A stretch of 32,474 nucleotides of DNA from a virus (taxonomy: Duplodnaviria; Heunggongvirae; Uroviricota; Caudoviricetes): the IMG/VR virus record IMGVR_UViG_2554235297_000015; one strand, given 5' to 3'. Position 1 is the stretch's first letter, and every line of letters begins with the position of its first letter. Made by a program: the position numbers and the translations under genes. Below the pieces are notes generated by a model, which worked only from the letters and a program-made list of their open reading frames with translations, was not told the DNA's origin and did no database searches. This document shows positions 8,615 through 16,284 of the stretch, one piece after another.

Positions 8615-9087
8615 TGAAAAAATGGTTGTTTTGTTTAGTAGGGGTTATTTTCTCTTGTTCTGTGCTGGCACAGACAGAGGAACAGGCGCAAAAGGAACTG
8701 AAACGTTATCAGGATATGAAGCCATTGGCTGAACAGATGCTTCGGGAAAGTGGAAAACTTTATTACGCTATGCCAGAAGCTGCATCGCAGTATCAGCAGG
8801 GAAATATTGAAGAGTGGAAGAATATCAAAAAAGGACTAAAACAACTGGATGAACAGGCCAGTAAACTGGGGGACGACCCGCTTGATCCTGTGTATGGTTC
8901 CTGCATAAAAATGAAAAACCAGCTACAGGATTACTGGTCTAACGTTATCAGGGATGACAGGCAGTTTCTGGAGCGTTCAAGAAATCAGTTTAAAGAATAT
9001 CGTATGGATTGTTTTGATTCGTTTGTTTTTGGTAAAGAGCAAATAGAATCAAGAAAAGGCCTGGTTATTCTAGACCTGACTAAATAA
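8611..9087 (+). CDS. secreted or periplasmic protein of unknown function, 158 aa (AT-rich moron)
   Basis: AAGGAG RBS. N-terminal signal peptide MMKKWLFCLVGVIFSCSVLA with an AxA-like cleavage site before QTEE. Coding sequence is clearly more AT-rich than the flanking genes. Its own terminator follows. Confidence 0.7.
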   Translation: MMKKWLFCLVGVIFSCSVLAQTEEQAQKELKRYQDMKPLAEQMLRESGKLYYAMPEAASQYQQGNIEEWKNIKKGLKQLDEQASKLGDDPLDPVYGSCIKMKNQLQDYWSNVIRDDRQFLERSRNQFKEYRMDCFDSFVFGKEQIESRKGLVILDLTK

Positions 9088-9098
9088 GACTTAGTTTA

Positions 9099-9125
9099 GC
9101 CCCTGCCATGCAGGGGCTTTTTTTG
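9099..9125 (+). terminator. rho-independent terminator
   Basis: GCCCCTGC catg CAGGGGC stem-loop followed by TTTTTTTG. Confidence 0.8.
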
Positions 9126-9130
9126 TGGTC

Positions 9131-9158
9131 TGTACAGGCGATCATGTATGGCTATAAT
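9131..9158 (+). promoter_or_regulatory. candidate sigma70-type promoter for the Mor/C gene
   Basis: TGTACA (9131..9136), 16 bp spacer, perfect TATAAT (9153..9158), about 30 nt upstream of the ATG at 9188. Confidence 0.35.
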
Positions 9159-9187
9159 AACAGTAAGTTACTACCGGAGACGCCATC

Positions 9188-9655
9188 ATGCAGACCTTCA
9201 GTGAAACAGATCTTCGCGATGCGCAGGCACTGCTGCCCGATTCCGTGCAGCAACTGATTAGCGTGATTGGCTTCCCCGCCCTGACCCGGTTGATTCGTTC
9301 TTTTGGTGGCGTGACGTTAAGCGGTAAAACCGGCGTACACGCCGAACGCACCGGCGGTGTCCATGCCCTGTTACATGACGTGCTCACCGAAGACGAAATC
9401 AACAAACTGATCCGCTTTCTTGGCGGTGCTCCGTTTTACATTCCCCGTTGCGATCATGCGTTACGTGCCCTGCGTAACACCCGTTTTATGGCTGATTTAC
9501 AGCAGCATGTAAAAGACGGATGCTCACACCGGCAGGCGCTGGCACTGCTCTGTCCCCGTTACGGCATTTCAGACCGGTACGCATGGCAGCTGATACACCG
9601 ACGACAAAAACAGACTTCGCTGAAAAGCCCCACCCAGGTGGGGCTTTTTGATTAA
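9188..9655 (+). CDS. Mor/C-family transcriptional activator (Mu middle/late activator family)
   Basis: 155 aa. C-terminal HTH-like segment ...RQALALLCPRYGISDRYAWQLIHRR typical of Mor/C proteins. Located between gemA and the lysis genes as in Mu. GGAGA RBS. Confidence 0.7.
   Translation: MQTFSETDLRDAQALLPDSVQQLISVIGFPALTRLIRSFGGVTLSGKTGVHAERTGGVHALLHDVLTEDEINKLIRFLGGAPFYIPRCDHALRALRNTRFMADLQQHVKDGCSHRQALALLCPRYGISDRYAWQLIHRRQKQTSLKSPTQVGLFD
9627..9649 (+). terminator. rho-independent terminator overlapping the last codons of the Mor/C gene
   Basis: GCCCCAC ccag GTGGGGC stem followed by TTTTT. Confidence 0.6.
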
Positions 9656-9681
9656 TGGGCCTCAGAAAAAAGGAGACACTT

Positions 9682-9960
9682 ATGACCAACTATATGGCAC
9701 TTGGCGAGTATACGGCCTACTCAGAGCAGGCCCGGGATGCTGCCGGACGTCGCTTTGCTTATATGAAAAATTTGGCCAGTCAGTTAAACCGAATGGCCGA
9801 ACAACCGGATATGGTTGTTCAGGAAGAAGCGTTGCAGTGTGCCATTGCTGACATCATCGCCAGCGAAAACGAGATGCGCGCAGCGATGGAAAAGGCGAAC
9901 GCCTCTGCTCCGCTTTGTAATAAACCTCTTATTACGCCGGATTCTCTTTCCCGCTTCTGA
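9682..9960 (+). CDS. hypothetical protein, 92 aa
   Basis: ATG 9682 preceded by AGGAGA with a 5 nt spacer. The ORF track opens at 9655. No family recognised. Confidence 0.5.
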   Translation: MTNYMALGEYTAYSEQARDAAGRRFAYMKNLASQLNRMAEQPDMVVQEEALQCAIADIIASENEMRAAMEKANASAPLCNKPLITPDSLSRF

Positions 9961-9979
9961 TTTATCACCCCGCCGCCGC

Positions 9980-9997
9980 GGGGTGCTGAACTCCCCC
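9980..9997 (+). promoter_or_regulatory. dyad element copy A (GGGGTG ctgaa CTCCCC), upstream of the lysis cassette
   Basis: Imperfect copy of the GGGTG-CTGAA-CACCC dyad also found at 18138 and 30056. Overlaps an 8 bp GC hairpin at 9966..9985. Confidence 0.4.
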
Positions 9998-10142
9998 AGC
10001 AGTACCCACCACACCAGACCGTTTACCCTGTCCACTCAGACCACAAGGCACCTTAAGGGATAGCGCCCTGCAAAAGGCTTTTGTGCCTTTGACAGGGTGT
10101 TATTTACGGGCCGTCAGTGGCTCAGATTTACAGGAGAAACTC

Positions 10143-10535
10143 ATGTCTGAACCCTTATCAGGCGGCGGAGCTGTGGCAGTCACCATCGGTGGTGCCAGTG
10201 TGTTTGGCCTTCTCACCAATACCGATTTCGGGGTCGTGGTGGGCGCGTTTGCCGGGGCGCTTTTTGTTGTCACTCAGCAGAAAGAAATCCCGGTATGGCG
10301 AATGGCTATTCACCTGCTCGTCGCGTTTGTGGTTGGCGTTCTGGGGGCTGGCGTGGCTGCGTCACTGATGCAGTGGCTGACCCACTACAACGACAAACCG
10401 CTTGATGCATTGTGTGCGGTCGGTGTCTCGGCGTTATCCATCAAGATACTGACCTTTCTTTATCAACAGGAAATTTCATCGCTGTTCGGCCTGTTTTCCA
10501 GACTGCGCGGCGGAGGGGGTGGAAATGGAAAGTAG
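10143..10535 (+). CDS. holin-like membrane protein, 131 aa
   Basis: AGGAG with a 6 nt spacer before ATG 10143. Three to four hydrophobic helices. Immediately upstream of the endolysin. Confidence 0.6.
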   Translation: MSEPLSGGGAVAVTIGGASVFGLLTNTDFGVVVGAFAGALFVVTQQKEIPVWRMAIHLLVAFVVGVLGAGVAASLMQWLTHYNDKPLDALCAVGVSALSIKILTFLYQQEISSLFGLFSRLRGGGGGNGK

Positions 10536-10821
10536 CCTTGCCGGTATCGTGAACGTCTGGCTGTGTCTCGCCATTGTGCTGGGGTTGTTTGTGTATCGCC
10601 GCCACGGTGCGGCGCATAAACCGATGATTACCTGGCTGGCGTACTGGCTGATGCTCGGCTACATCATCATCCCGTTCCGCTGGCTGTCCGGTACATACAC
10701 GCACTCCAGCTGGCTGGTTGTGGCGCTGAATCTGGTTTTCTGTGCGCTTATCGTGTGGGCGCACGGGAATTTGTCAAAAATCCTTTCGTTACTGAGGCAT
10801 CCACATGAAATCAAAAGATGA
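10525..10821 (+). CDS. second small membrane protein, holin- or antiholin-like
   Basis: GGAGGGGG upstream. Three hydrophobic segments. The ORF track start is GTG 10519. Confidence 0.55.
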   Translation: MESSLAGIVNVWLCLAIVLGLFVYRRHGAAHKPMITWLAYWLMLGYIIIPFRWLSGTYTHSSWLVVALNLVFCALIVWAHGNLSKILSLLRHPHEIKR

Positions 10822-11350
10822 CATTTTTGATGAAGTCCTGGGCAAAGAAGGCGGTTACGTCAATCACCCGGACGATAAGGGCGGTCCGACCAAATGGGGC
10901 ATTACGGAAAAAGTCGCCCGCGCCCACGGATATCGTGGCGATATGCGCGATTTAACCCGCGAACAGGCGCTGGACATCCTTGAAGCCGATTACTGGTATG
11001 GCCCGCGATTTGACCAGATCGCCGCATTATCCCCTGATATTGCCGCAGAGCTGTGTGATACCGGTGTGAATATGGGGCCAACCGTGGCGTCCAGAATGCT
11101 TCAGCGCTGGCTGAATGTGTTCAATCTGCGCGGCAGGCTGTACCCGGATATGGACGCAGACGGACGCATCGGGCCTCGTACCATCAGTGCATTGCGCGCC
11201 TTCCTGAATAATCGCGGTCAGGACGGTGAACGGGTGATGCTGACGGCCCTGAACTGTACGCAGGGGGACCGCTATCTGGAACTGGCAGAGAAACGCGAGG
11301 CTAACGAATCGTTTGTTTATGGCTGGCTGAAGGAGCGCGTGGCGGTATGA
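10805..11350 (+). CDS. endolysin, GH108-type N-terminal domain with a peptidoglycan-binding C-terminal domain
   Basis: N-terminus DDIFDEVLGKEGGYVNHPDDKGGPTKWGIT matches the glycoside hydrolase family 108 signature. No N-terminal transmembrane or SAR segment. Confidence 0.8.
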   Translation: MKSKDDIFDEVLGKEGGYVNHPDDKGGPTKWGITEKVARAHGYRGDMRDLTREQALDILEADYWYGPRFDQIAALSPDIAAELCDTGVNMGPTVASRMLQRWLNVFNLRGRLYPDMDADGRIGPRTISALRAFLNNRGQDGERVMLTALNCTQGDRYLELAEKREANESFVYGWLKERVAV

Positions 11351-11529
11351 CGCGTCAGCACTGGACCCACAGAACGCCACGTAAAGCCGCGCGCTGTGTT
11401 CTGGCCCTGTTTCTGGTGATGTTGCTTCCGGTGGGATGCACAGACATTAACAGAGCGGGCCAGCTGTTTGACGCGGCGGCGCAGGTCTGCCGGATTATCG
11501 ATGGTATCCGGCAGTGTTCACAGAACTGA
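11347..11529 (+). CDS. small protein with signal-anchor and Cys (possible spanin or lipoprotein lysis accessory)
   Basis: 60 aa. Hydrophobic LALFLVMLLPVGC followed by a polar tail with two more Cys. The lipobox is not canonical. Position is right after the endolysin. Confidence 0.35.
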   Translation: MTRQHWTHRTPRKAARCVLALFLVMLLPVGCTDINRAGQLFDAAAQVCRIIDGIRQCSQN

Positions 11530-11549
11530 TTTTTTGAAGGTCTGACACA

Positions 11550-11756
11550 GTGAGCATTATCAGATTTACAGAATACAGAGGTTCAGGAGGTGCTGGCGCT
11601 GTCATGGTGCTCGCTGAACGCATCACCCATTTTTACCGTCAGTACGGTACACATGATGGCACGGTCATTGAACTGGATACCGGGAAAAACGTGTTTGTTC
11701 TTGAAAATCCCGACGAAGTTCAGCGCAGGATTGAACAGGCTCAGAAGGACACTTAA
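11550..11756 (+). CDS. hypothetical protein, 68 aa
   Basis: GTG start. Alternative start ATG 11604. No family recognised. Confidence 0.4.
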   Translation: MSIIRFTEYRGSGGAGAVMVLAERITHFYRQYGTHDGTVIELDTGKNVFVLENPDEVQRRIEQAQKDT

Positions 11757-12256
11757 TGGCGTGGTCACAGGATATCAGGGACAAAGTCCGTAACGGGTAC
11801 ATCTTTGACCAGCTTCCGCTGGATATCGTCGCCATGAAGTACGCCGTGCCGCACGATACCGCGCGGCGCTGGAAAACGCAGGCGATGAAGAACGGCGACG
11901 ACTGGGACAAGCTGCGGGCCGCTCACGCGCTCGCCGGTGACGGGCTGGAAAGTGTCGCCCGCACCGTACTTATCAGTCTGGTGGTGAAGTGTCAGACGAC
12001 GCTTGAACGGCTGAACCAGAACCCGGACATCCCGCCGCAGGAGTCCGTCGAACTGCTGGCGAGTCTGTCTGACAGTCTCAGTAAGGCGGTGTCCAGCAGT
12101 AAAAAAATCCTGCCGGAAACCGACCGGCTGGCCACGGCACTGGAAGTGGTGCAGCGGCTCGGCGCGTTCATCAAGGAGCGTCACCCGGCACAGTATGCCC
12201 CGTTTCTTGAGGTGCTCGAAGGCTTCGCTAAAGAGCTTGAGGATAATTTCAGTTAA
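11756..12256 (+). CDS. terminase small subunit, Mu gp27-like (DUF1804)
   Basis: 166 aa. Position immediately upstream of the large terminase. N-terminal DNA-binding-like region. Confidence 0.65.
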   Translation: MAWSQDIRDKVRNGYIFDQLPLDIVAMKYAVPHDTARRWKTQAMKNGDDWDKLRAAHALAGDGLESVARTVLISLVVKCQTTLERLNQNPDIPPQESVELLASLSDSLSKAVSSSKKILPETDRLATALEVVQRLGAFIKERHPAQYAPFLEVLEGFAKELEDNFS

Positions 12257-12262
12257 CCACAG

Positions 12263-12282
12263 CGGCCCGGTTTTCCGGGCCG
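12263..12282 (+). other. GC-rich hairpin between the small terminase gene and the methyltransferase gene
   Basis: CGGCCCGG tttt CCGGGCCG (8 bp stem). Only a weak U-tract follows. Confidence 0.35.
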
Positions 12283-12302
12283 TCTGATATTCGGGATTTG
12301 TA

Positions 12303-13043
12303 ATGCAAAAACAGATTATTGGTAACGCAACGTTGTATTGCGGTGATGTTCTTGATGTGCTGCCGGCGTTATCCGAACGTTTTGATGCCGTCATTACCGA
12401 CCCGCCTTACAGCAGTGGTGGCACACATAAATCAGACCGCAGCATGGCCCCTTCGGACAAGTATGTCGGTCACACCCAGTATGCCGAGTTCAGCGGGGAT
12501 AACCGCGACCAGCGCAGCTGGGCATACTGGAGCACCCTGTGGATGTCCGGGGCTGCCCGCCTTGTGCGCCCCGGTGGTTATGTCATGGTGTTCAGTGACT
12601 GGCGACAGCTTCCCACCATGACCGACGTTTTTCAGGCCGGTGGTGTGCTGTGGCGTGGTCTTGTTGTCTGGGATAAAACGCAGGCTTCCCGTGCGCCACA
12701 CACCGGCTATTTCCGGCATCAGGCCGAGTATGTGGTCTGGGGCAGCAACGGAAAACTCGACAAATGCCCGCACGGTGGCCCGTTCCCGGGTGTGATTACG
12801 CAGCGCGTTGTCCCGTCCGAAAAACTGCATATGACGGCAAAGCCAGTTCAGTTGATGGCCGAGCTGGTTAAACCGCTGGCACCGGATGCGCACGTTCTCG
12901 ATCCGTTTATGGGAAGCGGCACCACCGCCATCCCTGTACTGGCCCGTGGCGGACGGTTTACCGGCATTGAAATGACTAACCAGTATTTTGATATCGCCTG
13001 CGCACGTCTCGAAAAAGCGCAGGCAGAAGCAGCGCAGGTGTGA
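12303..13043 (+). CDS. orphan DNA methyltransferase, beta class (motif IV DPPY before motif I FMGSGTT), probably N6-adenine
   Basis: 246 aa. DPPY at about residue 33, DPFMGSGTT at about residue 200. No restriction endonuclease gene adjacent. Confidence 0.85.
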   Translation: MQKQIIGNATLYCGDVLDVLPALSERFDAVITDPPYSSGGTHKSDRSMAPSDKYVGHTQYAEFSGDNRDQRSWAYWSTLWMSGAARLVRPGGYVMVFSDWRQLPTMTDVFQAGGVLWRGLVVWDKTQASRAPHTGYFRHQAEYVVWGSNGKLDKCPHGGPFPGVITQRVVPSEKLHMTAKPVQLMAELVKPLAPDAHVLDPFMGSGTTAIPVLARGGRFTGIEMTNQYFDIACARLEKAQAEAAQV

Positions 13044-13044
13044 C

Positions 13045-14685
13045 GTGGCAAAACGTAAACTTTCCATTAAAGAGTTTCAGAGAAGCTTACAGGAGTACAT
13101 CGCCAACCTCCGCCAGACCATTGAGGCTGAATGTCTGGGGTTCGATGTAAACCCGCAGGCCACACAGGCCCGCCGGGCGGCAGTCTGTGACCCGGTGACG
13201 GGCTACGATTATTTTGTCGAAAACTATTTCCCGCACTACGTCCGCAACCCGGCAAAAAGCGAGCTGCATAAATACCTGTTCAGCCGTCTGCCACAGGTTG
13301 TGGCAAGCCCGGACCCGGAGAACGACGCCATCGCCGCGCCCCGTGGTGAAGCAAAATCCACGCTGGTGACTCAGCTGTTTACCCTGTGGAACATTATCCG
13401 GGCCATTAAACATTATCCGGTCATCATTATGGACAGTATCGACCAGGCTTATCCGATGCTGGAAGCCATCAAGGCTGAACTGGAATTTAACCCCCGTTTA
13501 AAAAACGATTTCCCGGAAGTGTGCGGACAGGGGCGCGTCTGGCGTATGGGGACCATCGTCACGGCCAACAATATCAAGGTGACCGTTGCTGGTAGTGGTA
13601 AAAAACTGCGTGGGCTGCGCCACGGTCCGTACCGTCCTGACCTGGTTATCCTCGACGACATCGAGAACGACGAGATGGTGCGTAGCCCGGAGCAGCGCGA
13701 CAAGCTGCATGACTGGCTTACCAAAACCGTGATGCCGCTGGGCGAGGCTGGCGGTAAAACCGATATTATTTATATCGGAACCATCCTGCATTACGACTCC
13801 GTGCTGTCGCGCACACTCAATAACCCGATGTGGAAAACAGCCCGCTTTAAGGCTGTTATTCAGTGGCCTGCCAACATGAAACTGTGGGACGAGTGGGAAG
13901 AACTCATCCGCAACAAACAGCCGGAAGCAGCGGAGGCACTTTACCGACAGAACGAAGCCGACATGCTCGCCGGGTCGGTGGTGTCATGGGCGGCGCGTCC
14001 CCTGCTGGCGCTGATGAAAATCCGTGTCCGTGACGGTCATGACACCTTTGATTCTGAATACCAGAACGACCCGGTCAGCGGTGAAGATGCGCTGTTTGCG
14101 GGCTGCATTAAGTTCTGGGTTAACCGTCTTGATGAATGGGTGTTTTATGGTGCTGTTGACCCCAGTCTCGGGAAGAAGAATAAAAACCGCGACCCGTCGG
14201 CCATTCTCGTGGGGGGCTTTAACCGTTTTACCGGCATTCTGGATGTGGTTGAAGCCGATATCCGCCGACGCCTGCCAAATAAACTTATCGAAGACGTGAT
14301 TAAGTATCAGCGGGAATACCACTGTCTGTGCTGGTCGTTTGAGTCCGTCCAGTTTCAGGAGTTTCTGCGCACCGTGCTGGTTGAGCGTTCGGCGGCGCTG
14401 GGCGTTCCGGTTCCGGCGCTGCCGGTCATCCCGCTGGAGGATAAAGCGCTGCGTATCGAATCCCTTCAGCCGCATATGGCCAACGGCCTGATCCGCATCA
14501 GTCCGGCACATCAGACGCTGATTGACCAGCTGCGCCACTACCCCAAAGCCGACCACGATGATGGCCCGGACTGTCTGCACATGCTGTGGACGCTGGCGGT
14601 ATCGCGTAGCGCAAAATTTCAGATACACACCCCACGCAGCACCGGGCGTGACCGTGGCGGGCGTTTTGGTTCAGGAGGATGGTAA
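13045..14685 (+). CDS. terminase large subunit, Mu gp28-like
   Basis: About 546 aa from GTG 13045, two bases after the methyltransferase stop. The ORF-track frame opens at 12988 inside the methyltransferase gene. Size and position match the Mu large terminase. Confidence 0.8.
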   Translation: MAKRKLSIKEFQRSLQEYIANLRQTIEAECLGFDVNPQATQARRAAVCDPVTGYDYFVENYFPHYVRNPAKSELHKYLFSRLPQVVASPDPENDAIAAPRGEAKSTLVTQLFTLWNIIRAIKHYPVIIMDSIDQAYPMLEAIKAELEFNPRLKNDFPEVCGQGRVWRMGTIVTANNIKVTVAGSGKKLRGLRHGPYRPDLVILDDIENDEMVRSPEQRDKLHDWLTKTVMPLGEAGGKTDIIYIGTILHYDSVLSRTLNNPMWKTARFKAVIQWPANMKLWDEWEELIRNKQPEAAEALYRQNEADMLAGSVVSWAARPLLALMKIRVRDGHDTFDSEYQNDPVSGEDALFAGCIKFWVNRLDEWVFYGAVDPSLGKKNKNRDPSAILVGGFNRFTGILDVVEADIRRRLPNKLIEDVIKYQREYHCLCWSFESVQFQEFLRTVLVERSAALGVPVPALPVIPLEDKALRIESLQPHMANGLIRISPAHQTLIDQLRHYPKADHDDGPDCLHMLWTLAVSRSAKFQIHTPRSTGRDRGGRFGSGGW

Positions 14686-14688
14686 TTA

Positions 14689-16284
14689 ATGGCACAGCTT
14701 GTTGATATTTACGGACGCCCGCTGAAATGTGAGGCACTCAAAACCACGCAGTCGGTCAGAGTGGCGGAACGGCTGCGCATTTATCCAGACCACCCGTCGC
14801 GTGGTCTGAACATCAGAAAACTGCCGCGCATTCTGGAAGCTGCCGAACGCGGCTATCTTCCGGCGCAGGCGATGCTGTTTGCGGACATGGAAGAACGTGA
14901 TGGCCATCTGTTCGCCGAGATGGAAAAGCGCAAAAAAGCCTTGCTGACACTGGACTGGTCGGTGGAGCCGCCCCGCAATGCCTCGAAGGCAGAAAAGGAG
15001 CTGACTGCCGCCGTGGATGAGTGGCTGCACGGCATCCCGGACATGGAGGACATCATCCTCAACGGGATGACCAGTGTCGGTTATGGCTTCAGTTGTCAGG
15101 AAATCAGCTGGGCGTTCGTGGATAAAACGTGGTTACCGGATGCGGTGACGCTGCGCCCGCATAACTGGTTTATTACCCTGCCGGAACACAATGACGAACT
15201 CCGGCTGGATGACGGCAACCGTGGGGAAGACGGTAAGGACGGTTCCGCATTGTGGCCATTCGGCTGGCTGGTTCACCGTTACAACGCCCGGTCGGGGTTC
15301 CTGGGGTCATCCGGCCTGTTCCGCGTACTGGTCTGGCCGTATCTGTTTAAAAACTTTGCGCTGCGTGATATGGCGGAATTTCTGGAGATTTACGGCCTTC
15401 CGGCGCGCATTGCCTACTATGCACAGGGCACCAGTGACGAAGACCGGGATAACATTCTTGAGGCGCTGGTCAATCTGGGGCATGAAGCGGTGGCAGCCCT
15501 GCCGCAGGGTAACGAGATTGAGTTCAAGGAAGCCGCATCCGGCGGACCGGAGGCGTTCATGTCGATGGTGGAATGGGCGGAGCGTACCACCTCAAAAGTG
15601 ATTCTGGGCAGTACGCTGACCAGCCAGGCCGACGGTAAAACCTCCACCAACGCACTGGGTAATGTCCATAACGAGGTCCGGCACGACATTCTGACCGCTG
15701 ATGCACGCCAGCTGTCCGGCATGTTCAGCAGTCTGATACAGATGATGGCCAGTCTCAACGGCTGGCAGGATATCCCGTCACGCCGTCTTCCGCGCCTGGT
15801 GTTTGATGTGCAGCAGGAAGCTGACATTAAGGGCGTGGCGGAAGCCGTCAGCGTGTTGCTCAACAATGTGGGGATGAAGGATATCCCGGCGTCGTGGGTG
15901 CGCAAAAAAACCGGCATCCCCACCCCGAAAGACGGCGAAGAGGTGCTGGTGCCGGTGGCACAGTCTCTCCCTGTGCAGGCCGGACTCAGCCAGCTGCGTG
16001 AGCGGCTGAATGTTGCCGCGCTCAGTCAGCAGGATAACGGGGAGGACGACCCGGCACAGAACGCCATCGACCGGGCAGAACTTCCGGCAGAGGTCATCGC
16101 GCAGGGGATGAACGAACTGGTGGCCCCACTGGTGCAGGCCATACAGGAAGGCCGGGATGCAGACGAGGCCATGAACGTACTGGCGGAAGCCTGGCCGGAG
16201 CTGCCGGATGACACACTGCGGCAGTTGCTGACGCAGGCATTCTTTGTGGCGGATATCTGGGGGCGACTGAATGCCGACAACTGA
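14689..16284 (+). CDS. portal protein, Mu gp29-like (DUF935)
   Basis: 531 aa, directly after the large terminase. Confidence 0.85.
   Translation: MAQLVDIYGRPLKCEALKTTQSVRVAERLRIYPDHPSRGLNIRKLPRILEAAERGYLPAQAMLFADMEERDGHLFAEMEKRKKALLTLDWSVEPPRNASKAEKELTAAVDEWLHGIPDMEDIILNGMTSVGYGFSCQEISWAFVDKTWLPDAVTLRPHNWFITLPEHNDELRLDDGNRGEDGKDGSALWPFGWLVHRYNARSGFLGSSGLFRVLVWPYLFKNFALRDMAEFLEIYGLPARIAYYAQGTSDEDRDNILEALVNLGHEAVAALPQGNEIEFKEAASGGPEAFMSMVEWAERTTSKVILGSTLTSQADGKTSTNALGNVHNEVRHDILTADARQLSGMFSSLIQMMASLNGWQDIPSRRLPRLVFDVQQEADIKGVAEAVSVLLNNVGMKDIPASWVRKKTGIPTPKDGEEVLVPVAQSLPVQAGLSQLRERLNVAALSQQDNGEDDPAQNAIDRAELPAEVIAQGMNELVAPLVQAIQEGRDADEAMNVLAEAWPELPDDTLRQLLTQAFFVADIWGRLNADN

Noticed and set aside
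8611-8670. Lipoprotein signal for the secreted moron protein
   Set aside because: The residues before the first Cys (I-F-S-C) do not fit the lipobox. A signal peptidase I site (VLA before QTEE) fits better.
10089-10094. TTGACA hexamer as the -35 of a sigma70 promoter for the lysis operon
   Set aside because: No properly spaced -10 hexamer follows. Probably a chance match.
11765-12394. 209 aa ORF on the - strand
   Set aside because: Antisense to the small terminase and the start of the methyltransferase. No start context. Sense-strand genes are strongly supported.
12432-13067. 211 aa ORF on the - strand
   Set aside because: Antisense to the methyltransferase gene, whose catalytic motifs are unambiguous on the + strand.
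13984-14628. 214 aa ORF on the - strand
   Set aside because: Antisense to the large terminase gene. Arg-rich low-complexity translation.
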